Shown: positions 47,971-61,051 of the stretch, one piece after another
How positions within the stretch are numbered: the first letter of the stretch is position 1
Layout: each line of letters begins with the position of its first letter
Assembly: GCA_963666565.1 (NCBI GenBank)
Contig: OY762911.1
Span: forward strand, 3,328,001-3,392,000
Length of the DNA stretch: 64,000 nucleotides
Reading direction: 5' to 3'
Source: Thermoanaerobaculia bacterium
GTDB lineage: Bacteria; Acidobacteriota; Thermoanaerobaculia; Multivoradales; Multivoraceae
Program-made: the position numbers and the translations under genes
Notes under the pieces: generated by a model
The model's input: only the letters and a program-made list of their open reading frames with translations
What the model was told of the DNA's origin: nothing
The model's database searches: none

Positions 47971-48479
47971 AGGTCGAACGGCGGGTCCAGCGGCGGGCCG
48001 CGCTGGCGGGAGGCCGCGGCTTCGCCTGCATCGCGTTCGACCGCCCGTCCGACCCGGTCAACGTGGGCCACGCCCTGCGCGCCGCGCTCTGCTTCCACGC
48101 GCGCATGATCATCCTCGGCCGGCCATCGAAGGACATCGACGTACGCCGCCTGCCCACGGACCCCACGAAGGCGTTCCGGCACGTTCCGGTGCTCGAAGTG
48201 GACGATCTGCTGGAAGCGGCGCCGCGGGACGCCGACCTCGTCGCCGTGGAGATCGTGTCGGACGCCGTCCCTCTCCCCGGGTTCGTCCACCCGGAGCGGG
48301 CCTGCTACGTCTTCGGGCCCGAGAGCGGTTCCATCTCCGAGCGCATCCTGGCCCGCTGCCGGCACCGCGTGTCCGTGCCGACCGCCGTCTCGCTCAACCT
48401 GGGCATGACGGTCGGTCTCGTGCTCTACGACCGCTTGGCCGACCGCTGGCGGAAGCACCCGCCCGGCCGGGCAGGCTGA
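47967..48479 (+). CDS. TrmH/SpoU family RNA methyltransferase
   Basis: NVGHALRAA, YVFGPESGSI and SLNL motifs. Start uncertain (CTG overlapping the nqrM stop). Confidence 0.85.
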   Translation: MKVERRVQRRAALAGGRGFACIAFDRPSDPVNVGHALRAALCFHARMIILGRPSKDIDVRRLPTDPTKAFRHVPVLEVDDLLEAAPRDADLVAVEIVSDAVPLPGFVHPERACYVFGPESGSISERILARCRHRVSVPTAVSLNLGMTVGLVLYDRLADRWRKHPPGRAG

Positions 48480-48480
48480 G

Positions 48481-49167
48481 TCAATCGGCGCCGGGCGGGC
48501 GGTCCGGGACCGCGAACAGGGACAGGAGCGGCAGTCCGAGGCGCTCCCGGACGAGTCGGCGCACCATTCGCCGCCGGAGGTCCGGCAACCGCTCGGCGTC
48601 CACGCGGCCGGCCATCCGGCCCAGCGCGGCTTCGGCATCCGCCGCGATCGCCTCCCTGTCCGCCGGCGGCAGGGACTCCAGCGCGCGGTCCACGAGTTCG
48701 CGGTCCAGTTCGACCAGCCGGTCCTCCACTTCTGGCGCGGGCCCGCTCAGCGAGGTCAGCTTGCGCCGCCAGTCCTCGCGATCGGCTTCGGCGGGCGGAA
48801 TCGCGTCCGCCAGCGCCTGAAGCCGCTCCGGTACGTCGATGGCCGTCGGCTTCGGCCGCACGGCCGGAGCTCCCCCGAGTTCGCGGTACTCCGACCACGC
48901 CTTCTCCACCGCCGCCCGGCAGTAGCGCAGGCTGCTCACCCGCCTCCGGGGCGCGTCCGGCGCCGCCGCCAGCCGCTCGGCGCGCCGCTCGAAGACCCCG
49001 CGGATGCTCTCGAGCACGAGAAACAGGGGCACGCCCTCCCGGCGCCAGCCGTCGGCCAGGCGCCAGTCGGCCGGGCTCAGGAGCAACGGAGCGCCCCGCA
49101 GCCGGATGAACTCCTCCTCGATCGTCTCGAAGTAGTCCCGGTCGCCGGCCTCCTCGGACGCTCCCAT
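48481..49167 (-). CDS. Conserved hypothetical protein (Acidobacteria-type)
   Basis: YFETIEEEFIRLRGAPLLLSPADW...W...GVPL...SLRYC pattern; ATG at 49167. Confidence 0.75.
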   Translation of the reverse strand: MGASEEAGDRDYFETIEEEFIRLRGAPLLLSPADWRLADGWRREGVPLFLVLESIRGVFERRAERLAAAPDAPRRRVSSLRYCRAAVEKAWSEYRELGGAPAVRPKPTAIDVPERLQALADAIPPAEADREDWRRKLTSLSGPAPEVEDRLVELDRELVDRALESLPPADREAIAADAEAALGRMAGRVDAERLPDLRRRMVRRLVRERLGLPLLSLFAVPDRPPGAD

Positions 49168-49172
49168 GGGGT

Positions 49173-51572
49173 CTACGGCCGGCAACTGTCCGCGAACGCC
49201 TCGCCGTCGGTGATCGCCGGCGCGGGCTGGCCGGGCTCGTTGCGGTACTCCCTGACCGCACCGGAAACGGAGTCGCGGACGCGAATCGAGTAACCGAGGT
49301 CCGTGGTCGACGCGCCGAAGACCCAGACATGGCCGTTGATCGCGCAGCCGTCCAGGACCTTGACGAGGATCTCCCAGTTCGTCTCGTCCAGGAAGAAGAA
49401 CAGGCCGGAGTCGTCGGCGCCGAAGTCGACCACCTGGGCGGCCTCCGGCGCCCCGCCGTCCGTCCACCATCCGGCGCGAACCTCGAAGCGGCCGTCGAGC
49501 AGGCAGAGGGTCTCCGCGCCCGGCTCGCAGGGGCCCAGGACCGGCGGATCGGGCTCGGGTTCGGGATCGGGATCGGGTGGATCGGGATCGGGCGGCGGAT
49601 CGGGAGGCGGCGGATCGGGCGGTGGCGGCGACGGCAGCGCCGGCACGGACGCGTTGACGCAGCCCGACTCGATCCACGTCTCCCACGCGGTCTCGACCCG
49701 GGGGATCTGGCGCGCCGTGTACGCCTCGAACTCGTCGTACCTGCCCTGGCGCATCAGCGGCAGGATCCTGTCGACGAAGGGGCGCCAGTTCTCCATCAGG
49801 AAGCGGATCGCGATGTGCCGCTGGTTGTAGCTGGTGGGAATCGAGCCGGAGCGCAGCATCGTGTCGGTCAGGGAGTGGGTCGACTCGCAGTATCCCTTGC
49901 CGTGGTGGTACTCGGTCACCGTGTTCGCGAAGTACTCCGCGATCCCTTCGATCCAGCCGTGGTGCGCCGGATCCTCGGAGTAGCCCCCGTGACGGTTGTA
50001 GCGGCCGTCCAGGTGGTGCGCGTACTCGTGCTCGAAGTTCCAGATCGCCAGCTCCGGGTCGATCAGCGGGTCGCCGGGCTCCTTCTCGGTCAGTACGGCA
50101 ACCGACCCGGGAGCGTCCGGCTCTCCCTCGTAGAAGATGCCGCTGCAGGAATCGAAGAAGCCGGCCGCCCACTCCATGTCCTCGCACGAAGCGCCGTCGG
50201 TGAAGACGAAGAAATCGAGGTGCGCGTTGGCGTCGTCCGGCACCGGCGTGCAGCGGGTCTCGAACATCGACGCGAACGCACGGCTGTGATCGTTCAGCCG
50301 GCGGCAGGCGGCGCCGAGTTCGCCGGCGTCCAGGTCCTGCGAGTGAACGGCGACGGTGTCGCCGGCGCAGAAGTTGACCGTGCAGGAGCGTCGCTCGGAG
50401 AACAGCTCCCGCCGGAACCGGGCCTCGAAGCCGCCGCCCGCGTACCAGTCGCACAACCCGTAGCGCGTGCAGTTCGCCGGGTCGCCGACGTGAATCTCGC
50501 CGACCACGCGAAGCCAGATCGTCTTCTCGTGCTCGCCGCCGTGGTAGCGGTCCCGAATCGACCGCACGACCGCCGGCAGGCGGCCGTAGTTGGCCGTGCC
50601 CCGATACAGGCTGAATCGAGCCACTTCCAGGGCGGCGCGTTCCATGATGCGCTGGGAACGCGACCCCAGCCACGCCGGATCGAGGACGAAGTCCCGGAGA
50701 GCGTCGAACAGGGCGTCGTCGCCGCCGAAGCGGGGACCGAACCTCTCCGGCCGGCTGTGACCCCAATAGGCGATGTCCAGGATCCGCTCCATTGCGTCGC
50801 GGAACACCTCGGACGAAGCGTAGCCATCGTCCCAGGCGTTCAGCCAGCGGGCGATCACGTGCAGATAGAGTTCCTGCAGCGGGAACTCCAGCATCGCCAC
50901 CGCGACGCAGTCCAGGGCGATCCCGTGCTGCTGGCCGCGGCTCACGAACAGAGGGTGGGCGACGAACGCGTCGAACGCGCCCCGGACCGCCTCGCCCGCC
51001 AGCGAGCCGGCCTCAAGGGGGTACGCCTCGGCGTTCTCCCAGACGGCGCCGTCGCACCTCTTCCGCTCGCGGCACCAGTGGTGGATATCGCGCACCTTCC
51101 TGAGGTACAGGAACAGGGCGTAGACCTCCTGCTTGGGCCGGTTGCCGTCCGCGTAGGACGACATCAACCCGGGGATCGCCCGGGCGACGTCCACCACGCG
51201 ATCCTGGCTGGAGACGGCGAACTGGACCTCCGGCCGGTCGCCGATCCACTCCAGATCGCTGATGCAGTGCTCGTCGGCGCTCCGCACGGCATTGACGAGA
51301 GCGTCGCCCGAGGACGTCTCGACCAGCCGGTAGAACTCGTCGCAGGCGCCCGTGTGGACCGCGGCGGTCACGCGCTCCGGCTTGCCGGTCCTGAGCAGCG
51401 GACTCCGCCGGTCCGGCTCCACGATCGCGCGCCGGCTGTCCAGTGGGCGGGAGACTCCCTCCGCGCCGTTGCCATCGCGCCGGGTCTCCTCAGCCGCGCC
51501 GCCGAGCGACGGTACGAACGCGACGCCGGCGAGGACGGCGGTCGCCGCGATCCTGCGCGCACGCATCGTCAT
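49173..51572 (-). CDS. Secreted M9 collagenase-like zinc metallopeptidase with Pro/Asp linker and C-terminal domain
   Basis: Signal peptide; WNFEHEYAHHLDGRY (HExxH) and WIEGIAEY as in microbial collagenases. Confidence 0.85.
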   Translation of the reverse strand: MTMRARRIAATAVLAGVAFVPSLGGAAEETRRDGNGAEGVSRPLDSRRAIVEPDRRSPLLRTGKPERVTAAVHTGACDEFYRLVETSSGDALVNAVRSADEHCISDLEWIGDRPEVQFAVSSQDRVVDVARAIPGLMSSYADGNRPKQEVYALFLYLRKVRDIHHWCRERKRCDGAVWENAEAYPLEAGSLAGEAVRGAFDAFVAHPLFVSRGQQHGIALDCVAVAMLEFPLQELYLHVIARWLNAWDDGYASSEVFRDAMERILDIAYWGHSRPERFGPRFGGDDALFDALRDFVLDPAWLGSRSQRIMERAALEVARFSLYRGTANYGRLPAVVRSIRDRYHGGEHEKTIWLRVVGEIHVGDPANCTRYGLCDWYAGGGFEARFRRELFSERRSCTVNFCAGDTVAVHSQDLDAGELGAACRRLNDHSRAFASMFETRCTPVPDDANAHLDFFVFTDGASCEDMEWAAGFFDSCSGIFYEGEPDAPGSVAVLTEKEPGDPLIDPELAIWNFEHEYAHHLDGRYNRHGGYSEDPAHHGWIEGIAEYFANTVTEYHHGKGYCESTHSLTDTMLRSGSIPTSYNQRHIAIRFLMENWRPFVDRILPLMRQGRYDEFEAYTARQIPRVETAWETWIESGCVNASVPALPSPPPPDPPPPDPPPDPDPPDPDPEPEPDPPVLGPCEPGAETLCLLDGRFEVRAGWWTDGGAPEAAQVVDFGADDSGLFFFLDETNWEILVKVLDGCAINGHVWVFGASTTDLGYSIRVRDSVSGAVREYRNEPGQPAPAITDGEAFADSCRP

Positions 51573-51653
51573 CGAACAACGCTACTCCGATCTCCGGCCC
51601 GAACCAAGCCGCTTCGCGGCCGCGTACCGGGCCTTCCGGCCTCGGCGACCGCC

Positions 51654-52469
51654 TCACGCCTCGACGACTTCGCCCGAGGCGATCGTGCGGAGGCCGGCCG
51701 GCGTCTCCAGCCGGAAGCGGCCGCCGGTGTCGAAGCCGGCGAACCGGCCCGCGACCGTCTCGCCGCCGATCCGGCAGCTCACTTCGTCTCCCTCGCGGTG
51801 GACGGTACACGCCCGGTAGGCGTCGAGGGTGTACGCCAGGTCGCCGCAGCGGCGCAACTCGCGTTCGAGCGAACGGGCCAGGCGCTCGACCGCGGCCGCC
51901 CGCGACGGCGGAGCGTCCGTTTCCAGCGCCAGCGAGGTCGATACCGGGGTCGGGAGCTCGCCGGCGGCGCCGAAGTCGTAGTTCACGCCGAAGCCGATCA
52001 CGGCGGCCATCTCGCCGTTGCCGCCCGCAACCGTCTCGATCAGGACGCCGGCGATCTTCCGGCCGCCGACCAGCACGTCGTTCGGCCACTTGAGCAGCGC
52101 TTCGCCGTCGATCAGCGCCGCGACGGCCCGGCAGACGCCGACGCCGACCAGCAGGGGCAAGGTTCCGAGCTGGTCCTCCAGCGAGCCGCGGCCGACCGGC
52201 AGCGGCTGCAGCCAGGTGCAGTAGAGGCCGCGCCCCGCCGAACTGACCCAGGAACGGCCCTGGCGCCCTCTGCCCGCGGTTTGCTCGTTCGCCACGACGA
52301 AGGCCGTGCGCGGGGTCGTTTCATCCGCGAAGAACCGGTCGATGACGTTCTTGACGAAGCGGTTCGTCGAGTCGACCGTGTTCATCAGCACGAGGTTCTC
52401 GGGCAGGTGCCGCGAGCGGGCGCGGAGTGCGCGAGCAAGGTCGTCGAAGGTTGTGGAGGAGTTGGGCAT
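51654..52469 (-). CDS. birA: Biotin-protein ligase (no HTH domain)
   Basis: DSTN, QTAGRGRQGRSW, KWPND and KIAGVLIE motifs. Confidence 0.95.
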   Translation of the reverse strand: MPNSSTTFDDLARALRARSRHLPENLVLMNTVDSTNRFVKNVIDRFFADETTPRTAFVVANEQTAGRGRQGRSWVSSAGRGLYCTWLQPLPVGRGSLEDQLGTLPLLVGVGVCRAVAALIDGEALLKWPNDVLVGGRKIAGVLIETVAGGNGEMAAVIGFGVNYDFGAAGELPTPVSTSLALETDAPPSRAAAVERLARSLERELRRCGDLAYTLDAYRACTVHREGDEVSCRIGGETVAGRFAGFDTGGRFRLETPAGLRTIASGEVVEA

Positions 52470-52491
52470 GCGGGGCGAATTCTACCCGGAT

Positions 52492-52595
52492 GCGGGTCGG
52501 AACCCTGGTGGCGCGTCCGCGCGCCACCAGCGTCACAGTCCGAGCGCCCGGCCGCGGGCGGTCGGATGTCAGACCCGCGCACCCAGCGCACCCAG
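52492..52595 (+). repeat. REP-like repeat variant with 11-bp perfect hairpin
   Basis: GCGGGTCGG, then CTGGTGGCGCG-TCCG-CGCGCCACCAG, then AGACCCGCGCACCCAG; between valS and birA. Confidence 0.7.
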
Positions 52596-52605
52596 GGCGC
52601 GCCGG

Positions 52606-55334
<2,729 letters not shown>

Positions 55335-55338
<4 letters not shown>

Positions 55339-55756
55339 GGCGACTCCGACGCCAGCCGGCGGTTGAGATACTCGACGATCGCCCCGGTGCTGGAGCCCGG
55401 CGGAAAGACCTCGTCCACCCCGGCGGCCCTGAGCCCCTCGACGTCGGCGTCGGGGACGATGCCGCCGGCGAACACCAGCACGTCGTCCGCCCCGGCCGCG
55501 CGCAGGCCCTCGACCACCTCCGGCAGCAGGGTGTTGTGGGCGCCGGAGAGGATCGACAGGCCGACCGCCCGCACGTCTTCCTGGACGGCGGCGGAGACGA
55601 TCTGCTCCGGGGTCTTCCGCAGGCCGGTGTAGATCACCTCGAAACCCGCGTCGCGCAACGCGCGCGCCACCACCTTGGCGCCGCGGTCGTGGCCGTCCAG
55701 CCCCGGCTTGGCGACCAGGATCCGGTGCGGCGCCGCCGCGCCGGGACGCCCGGCGG

Positions 55757-55760
<4 letters not shown>
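55335..55760 (-). CDS. Cobalamin-binding domain protein (acyl-CoA mutase small subunit)
   Basis: [10 protein letters not shown] (DxHxxG), GLSILSGAH and GGIVP motifs. Confidence 0.93.
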
Positions 55761-57124
<1,364 letters not shown>

Positions 57125-57146
57125 GGAACCTGTCTCCGCCGGTACG

Positions 57147-58655
57147 TCAGGGTACTTCGATGACCGCGAAGAGCCGCTGTCCGCCGGGAGCGAGCGCCTC
57201 GACCCGGACGAGGGCGCCGGTCTCGAGATCGGCCGCGGCCTCCTCCAGATCGTCCAGATTCTCGACGGCGGCGGCGTTGATCCCGACGATCACGAACCCC
57301 TCCCGAAAGCCCTCCTCCGCGAACACGCTGCGAGCGGAGATCCCGGACACGAAGACGCCGCGCTGCCGGCGGTCCAACTGGAGCCGCTGGCGCAACGACG
57401 AGGTCAGAGGCTGGAGTTCCAGACCGAGCCAGTCCATGCTCTCCTCGCGCGGCGGAGCGGGCTCGGGTTCGGCCTGCTGCGCGACCATGGACGGCCGCTC
57501 CTCGAGCCTGACCTCGAGTTCCAGCTCTTCCCCATCGCGGAGAACCCGTAGGCCCACCTCGGCGCCCGGCGGGAAGGAGGCCACGTAGTCGATCAGATCC
57601 CGGGTGTTGACGACCTCGTGGTCGTTCACGCCGAGGATGACGTCCCCGGCCTCGACGCCGGCCTTCTCGGCCGGCGTGTCCTCGACGACGTCCTGCACCT
57701 GCGCCCCGTGCGGCTCGTCGAGCCCGTAGTACCGGGCCTCCCGGTGGCTCAGGTTCCGAATCGAGACGCCCAGATAGCCGCGCCTGACGCGCCCTTCGTC
57801 GCGCAACTGCGGAAGCACCGTCTCGAGGACGTCCACCGGCACGGCGAAGCCGATGTTCTCGGCGAACGCCTTGCCGGTCGCGATCCCGACCACCTCCCCC
57901 GCCGTGTTGACCAGGGGACCGCCCGAGTTGCCCAGGTTGATCGCGGCGTCCGTCTGGATGTAGTTCGCGAAATCGGCCCGGTTGTTCTCGATCGGAATCG
58001 ACCGCCCCTTGGCGCTGACAACGCCGACCGTCACCGACGCCTCGAAGTTCAGGGGGTTGCCGACCGCCATGACCCAGTCGCCGACCCGGAGCGCCTCGGA
58101 GTCGCCGAGCGGCAGATGGGGGAGGTCCTCGCCGGCGTCGATCTTCAGCAGGGCGAGGTCCGTCTCCTGGTCGCGGCCCTTCACCACGGCCGGGTACTCG
58201 CGGCCGTCCATGCCGACGTTGATCCTCTCCGCGCGGTCGATGACGTGGTTGTTCGTGACGATCCACCCGTCCGCCGTGATCAGGAAGCCGCTTCCGGCGC
58301 CCGGAAAACGCTGCTCCTCCGGCTCGGACTGCGGTTGCCTCGGCAGGCGGCGAAAGAAGTCCTGCGGGATCGGGAGGTCCGGCGCCTCCTCGATGCGGAC
58401 GACGTCGACGGTCACGACCGCCGGCAGCACCGCGTCGGCCAGGTCGGCGAAGCTCTCGATCGCCGCGCCGGCGTGGCGCTCGACCCGCCTGGCCTGCTCG
58501 CTCCGGGAGTCCTTCTCGGCGGGCAGCGCCGCCCGGGACGTCTCTTCGGCCCGCGTGGGCGCCGTCAGGTTCAGCCCGCCGGCGACGATCATGCCGAACG
58601 CCACGGCGCCGAGGACCAGGACGGCGGTGAGGAGTATCTGGTTCTTCGTGTTCAT
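57147..58655 (-). CDS. HtrA/DegP-family serine protease with two PDZ domains
   Basis: TNNHV, DLALLK and GNSGGPL catalytic triad motifs; ATG at 58655. Confidence 0.94.
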   Translation of the reverse strand: MNTKNQILLTAVLVLGAVAFGMIVAGGLNLTAPTRAEETSRAALPAEKDSRSEQARRVERHAGAAIESFADLADAVLPAVVTVDVVRIEEAPDLPIPQDFFRRLPRQPQSEPEEQRFPGAGSGFLITADGWIVTNNHVIDRAERINVGMDGREYPAVVKGRDQETDLALLKIDAGEDLPHLPLGDSEALRVGDWVMAVGNPLNFEASVTVGVVSAKGRSIPIENNRADFANYIQTDAAINLGNSGGPLVNTAGEVVGIATGKAFAENIGFAVPVDVLETVLPQLRDEGRVRRGYLGVSIRNLSHREARYYGLDEPHGAQVQDVVEDTPAEKAGVEAGDVILGVNDHEVVNTRDLIDYVASFPPGAEVGLRVLRDGEELELEVRLEERPSMVAQQAEPEPAPPREESMDWLGLELQPLTSSLRQRLQLDRRQRGVFVSGISARSVFAEEGFREGFVIVGINAAAVENLDDLEEAAADLETGALVRVEALAPGGQRLFAVIEVP

Positions 58656-58767
58656 TGTCGCAAGTTCCTGTTCTTGAATGGGAAGCAGGCGCCGCGCCGG
58701 AGCGGCACCTTGAAGCATACAACCGCGATCCGCCCCTCACATTCCCGCGCGGACGCCCGCGGGCAGG

Positions 58768-58796
58768 TTGCCGGGCCTGTCGGACGGTTGTATAGT
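58768..58796 (+). promoter_or_regulatory. Sigma-70 promoter of the rimP-nusA-infB operon
   Basis: TTGCCG-N17-TATAGT. Confidence 0.7.
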
Positions 58797-58891
58797 CGGC
58801 GTCCGACTGCCGGCGCTTCTCCCCGAAGCGGGACCGTCTCCGAAGCGAAGACGGTCCGCGGCCCAGCGCCGGAGACCGGCTGTCGGCTCCT

Positions 58892-58925
58892 GAGAGTGGG
58901 TGCTTCGGCCCGCTCTTTTTTGTTT
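58892..58925 (+). promoter_or_regulatory. rimP leader (terminator-like attenuator hairpin)
   Basis: GAGAGTGGG-loop-CCCGCTCTT followed by a T tract, upstream of rimP; matches the described GGG...CCC rimP leader. Confidence 0.8.
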
Positions 58926-58968
58926 CAAGAGACCGCGCACTCCAGCGAGAACCGACCTCCCGTACCGC

Positions 58969-59520
58969 ATGACCTCTCTCGAACCTGCCAGCGAACGTCC
59001 GGCGCCGGTCCGCGCGGCAACGGCCGCACCGGCGCGGGGACCGCGGCGCGACGCGGGCAACCCGATGGACGCCGATCTCCTTCGCCGACTCGAGCGCCTG
59101 GCCGCGAGCCACGCCTGCGAGCTGCTGGAGGCCCGGTTCCGGGGCGGCCGGCTGCGCCTCGTGATCGACCACCCCGAGGGCGTCACCCACGAGCTTTGCG
59201 CGGAGATCTCGAGGGAGGCGTCCGTGCTGCTCGACGCCGAGGACTTCGGTCCCGCTTCCGGCTACGTGCTGGAGGTCAGTTCGCCGGGACTCGACCGGGA
59301 GCTCTACGGCGCTCGGGACTACGAGCGCTTCGCGGGCAGGCGCGTCCGGGTCACCTGGGCCGACGCCGGGACCGGCCGCCGGCGCACGGTGCGCGGCGAA
59401 CTCCTGGGCCCGAGCCCGGACGATCCGGGCATCGCGCTCATCCTCGAGGACGACAGCGGCGACACGCTCCGCCTCGCCATCGACAGCATCCGCAAGACCA
59501 GGCTTCTGGTCGAACTCTGA
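58969..59520 (+). CDS. rimP: Ribosome maturation factor RimP
   Basis: YVLEVSSPGLDR motif; precedes nusA. Start at 58969 or 59065. Confidence 0.93.
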   Translation: MTSLEPASERPAPVRAATAAPARGPRRDAGNPMDADLLRRLERLAASHACELLEARFRGGRLRLVIDHPEGVTHELCAEISREASVLLDAEDFGPASGYVLEVSSPGLDRELYGARDYERFAGRRVRVTWADAGTGRRRTVRGELLGPSPDDPGIALILEDDSGDTLRLAIDSIRKTRLLVEL

Positions 59521-59537
59521 CGCCGGGGATTCCACGC

Positions 59538-60995
59538 ATGGCTCAGACCCACACTCCCGAAGTGAACATCAACGAAGTTCTCAGGCAGGTCGCCCACGAG
59601 AAGGATATCGACCTGGACAAGTGGATCGTCGCGCTCGAGGACGCCGTCGCCTCGGCGGCCAAGAAGCAGCACCACATCAAGGAACCCGTGCGCTCCTACA
59701 TGGACCGCGAGACCGGCCAGTTCAGCGCCTTCCTCTACCGCCAGGTAGTCGAGGAGGTCGAGGACCCCCAGGCCGAATGGACGCTCGAGGAGGCCCGCGA
59801 GCACAAGGAGGACGCCGAGCTGGGCGAGGAGATCGAGATTCCCATCTCGACCGAAGGCCTCGGGCGGATCGCGGCACAGTCGGCCAAGCAGGTGCTCTAC
59901 CAGCGCATCCGCGAAGCGGAACGCGAGAAGATCTTCAACGAGTTCGAGCACCGGGTCGGCGAAGTCGTGAACGGCACCGTGCGGCGGTTCGAGCGGGGGG
60001 ACATCATCGTCGACCTGGGCCGGACCGAGGCGATCGTCCCGCGCAGCGAGCAGTCCCGCCACGAGCGCTACAGCCAGGGCGAGCGGATCCGCGGCGTGAT
60101 CGTCGAGGTGCACAAGCTGCCCAAGGGGCCGCAGGTCGTCATGTCGCGGACCGATCCGCGCCTCCTGGTCAAGCTGTTCGAGATGGAGGTGCCCGAGATC
60201 TACGACGGCACGGTCGTCATCAAGACCGCGGTCCGGGCGCCCGGCGAGCGCGCGAAGGTCGCCGTGCTGAGCCGGGAGCGGGACGTCGACCCGGTCGGCG
60301 CCTGCGTCGGCATGAAGGGTTCCCGCGTGCAGTCGATCATCCGCGAGCTGCGCGGCGAGAAGATCGACATCATCGAGTACTCGGAGGACCAGGTGACGTT
60401 CGCGCAGAGCGCCCTGGCGCCGGCGCGGATCACTCGGGTGTCGGTGACCCACGAGGGGGCAACGCCGCACCTGGACGTGATCGTCGAGGACGAGCAGTTG
60501 TCCCTGGCGATCGGCAAGCGCGGGCAGAACGTGCGGCTCGCGAGCGAACTGATCGGCGCCCGCATCGACATCAAGAGCGAAACGGACGTCAAGGACGAGG
60601 TCGCCGACGCGCTGGCGAAGATGCTGAACGTGGACCTCGGCGCGGACAAGCTCGACCTCACGGAGATTTCCGGCGTCGACGGGAACGTGGCCGCGGCCCT
60701 GGAAAGCGCCGGCTTCGGCGAGATCGAGGCGCTGCGGAACGCGGGCGCGCAGGCGCTGACGATGGTGCCCGGCGTCGACGACGCGCTGGCCGCTTCGATC
60801 GTCGAGTGGGCCGCGGAACAGGCCCCGGACGAGGCCGCCGGCGCGGCGCCGGAGGGAGAGGCCCCCCCGATGGACGAAGACGACTTCATGGCCGCGCTCA
60901 CCCGGGTGTTCGACGAGGAATCCGGCGCCGCCGCCGAAGACGCGCCGGACGAGGCGCGGGCGGGCGGCGAAGAGACGGGGAGCGGCGGCGCCTAG
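59538..60995 (+). CDS. nusA: Transcription termination factor NusA
   Basis: [12 protein letters not shown]1 and KH domains ([26 protein letters not shown]). Confidence 0.97.
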   Translation: MAQTHTPEVNINEVLRQVAHEKDIDLDKWIVALEDAVASAAKKQHHIKEPVRSYMDRETGQFSAFLYRQVVEEVEDPQAEWTLEEAREHKEDAELGEEIEIPISTEGLGRIAAQSAKQVLYQRIREAEREKIFNEFEHRVGEVVNGTVRRFERGDIIVDLGRTEAIVPRSEQSRHERYSQGERIRGVIVEVHKLPKGPQVVMSRTDPRLLVKLFEMEVPEIYDGTVVIKTAVRAPGERAKVAVLSRERDVDPVGACVGMKGSRVQSIIRELRGEKIDIIEYSEDQVTFAQSALAPARITRVSVTHEGATPHLDVIVEDEQLSLAIGKRGQNVRLASELIGARIDIKSETDVKDEVADALAKMLNVDLGADKLDLTEISGVDGNVAAALESAGFGEIEALRNAGAQALTMVPGVDDALAASIVEWAAEQAPDEAAGAAPEGEAPPMDEDDFMAALTRVFDEESGAAAEDAPDEARAGGEETGSGGA

Positions 60996-61051
60996 GGCTC
61001 GCCGAGTCGGACGAGCGCGTCGACAGGGATACTGGGGGAATCGAGAACTTC

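Noticed and set aside
49543-49635. GGATCG tandem repeats as a DNA repeat element
   Set aside because: They encode the Pro/Asp linker of the collagenase.
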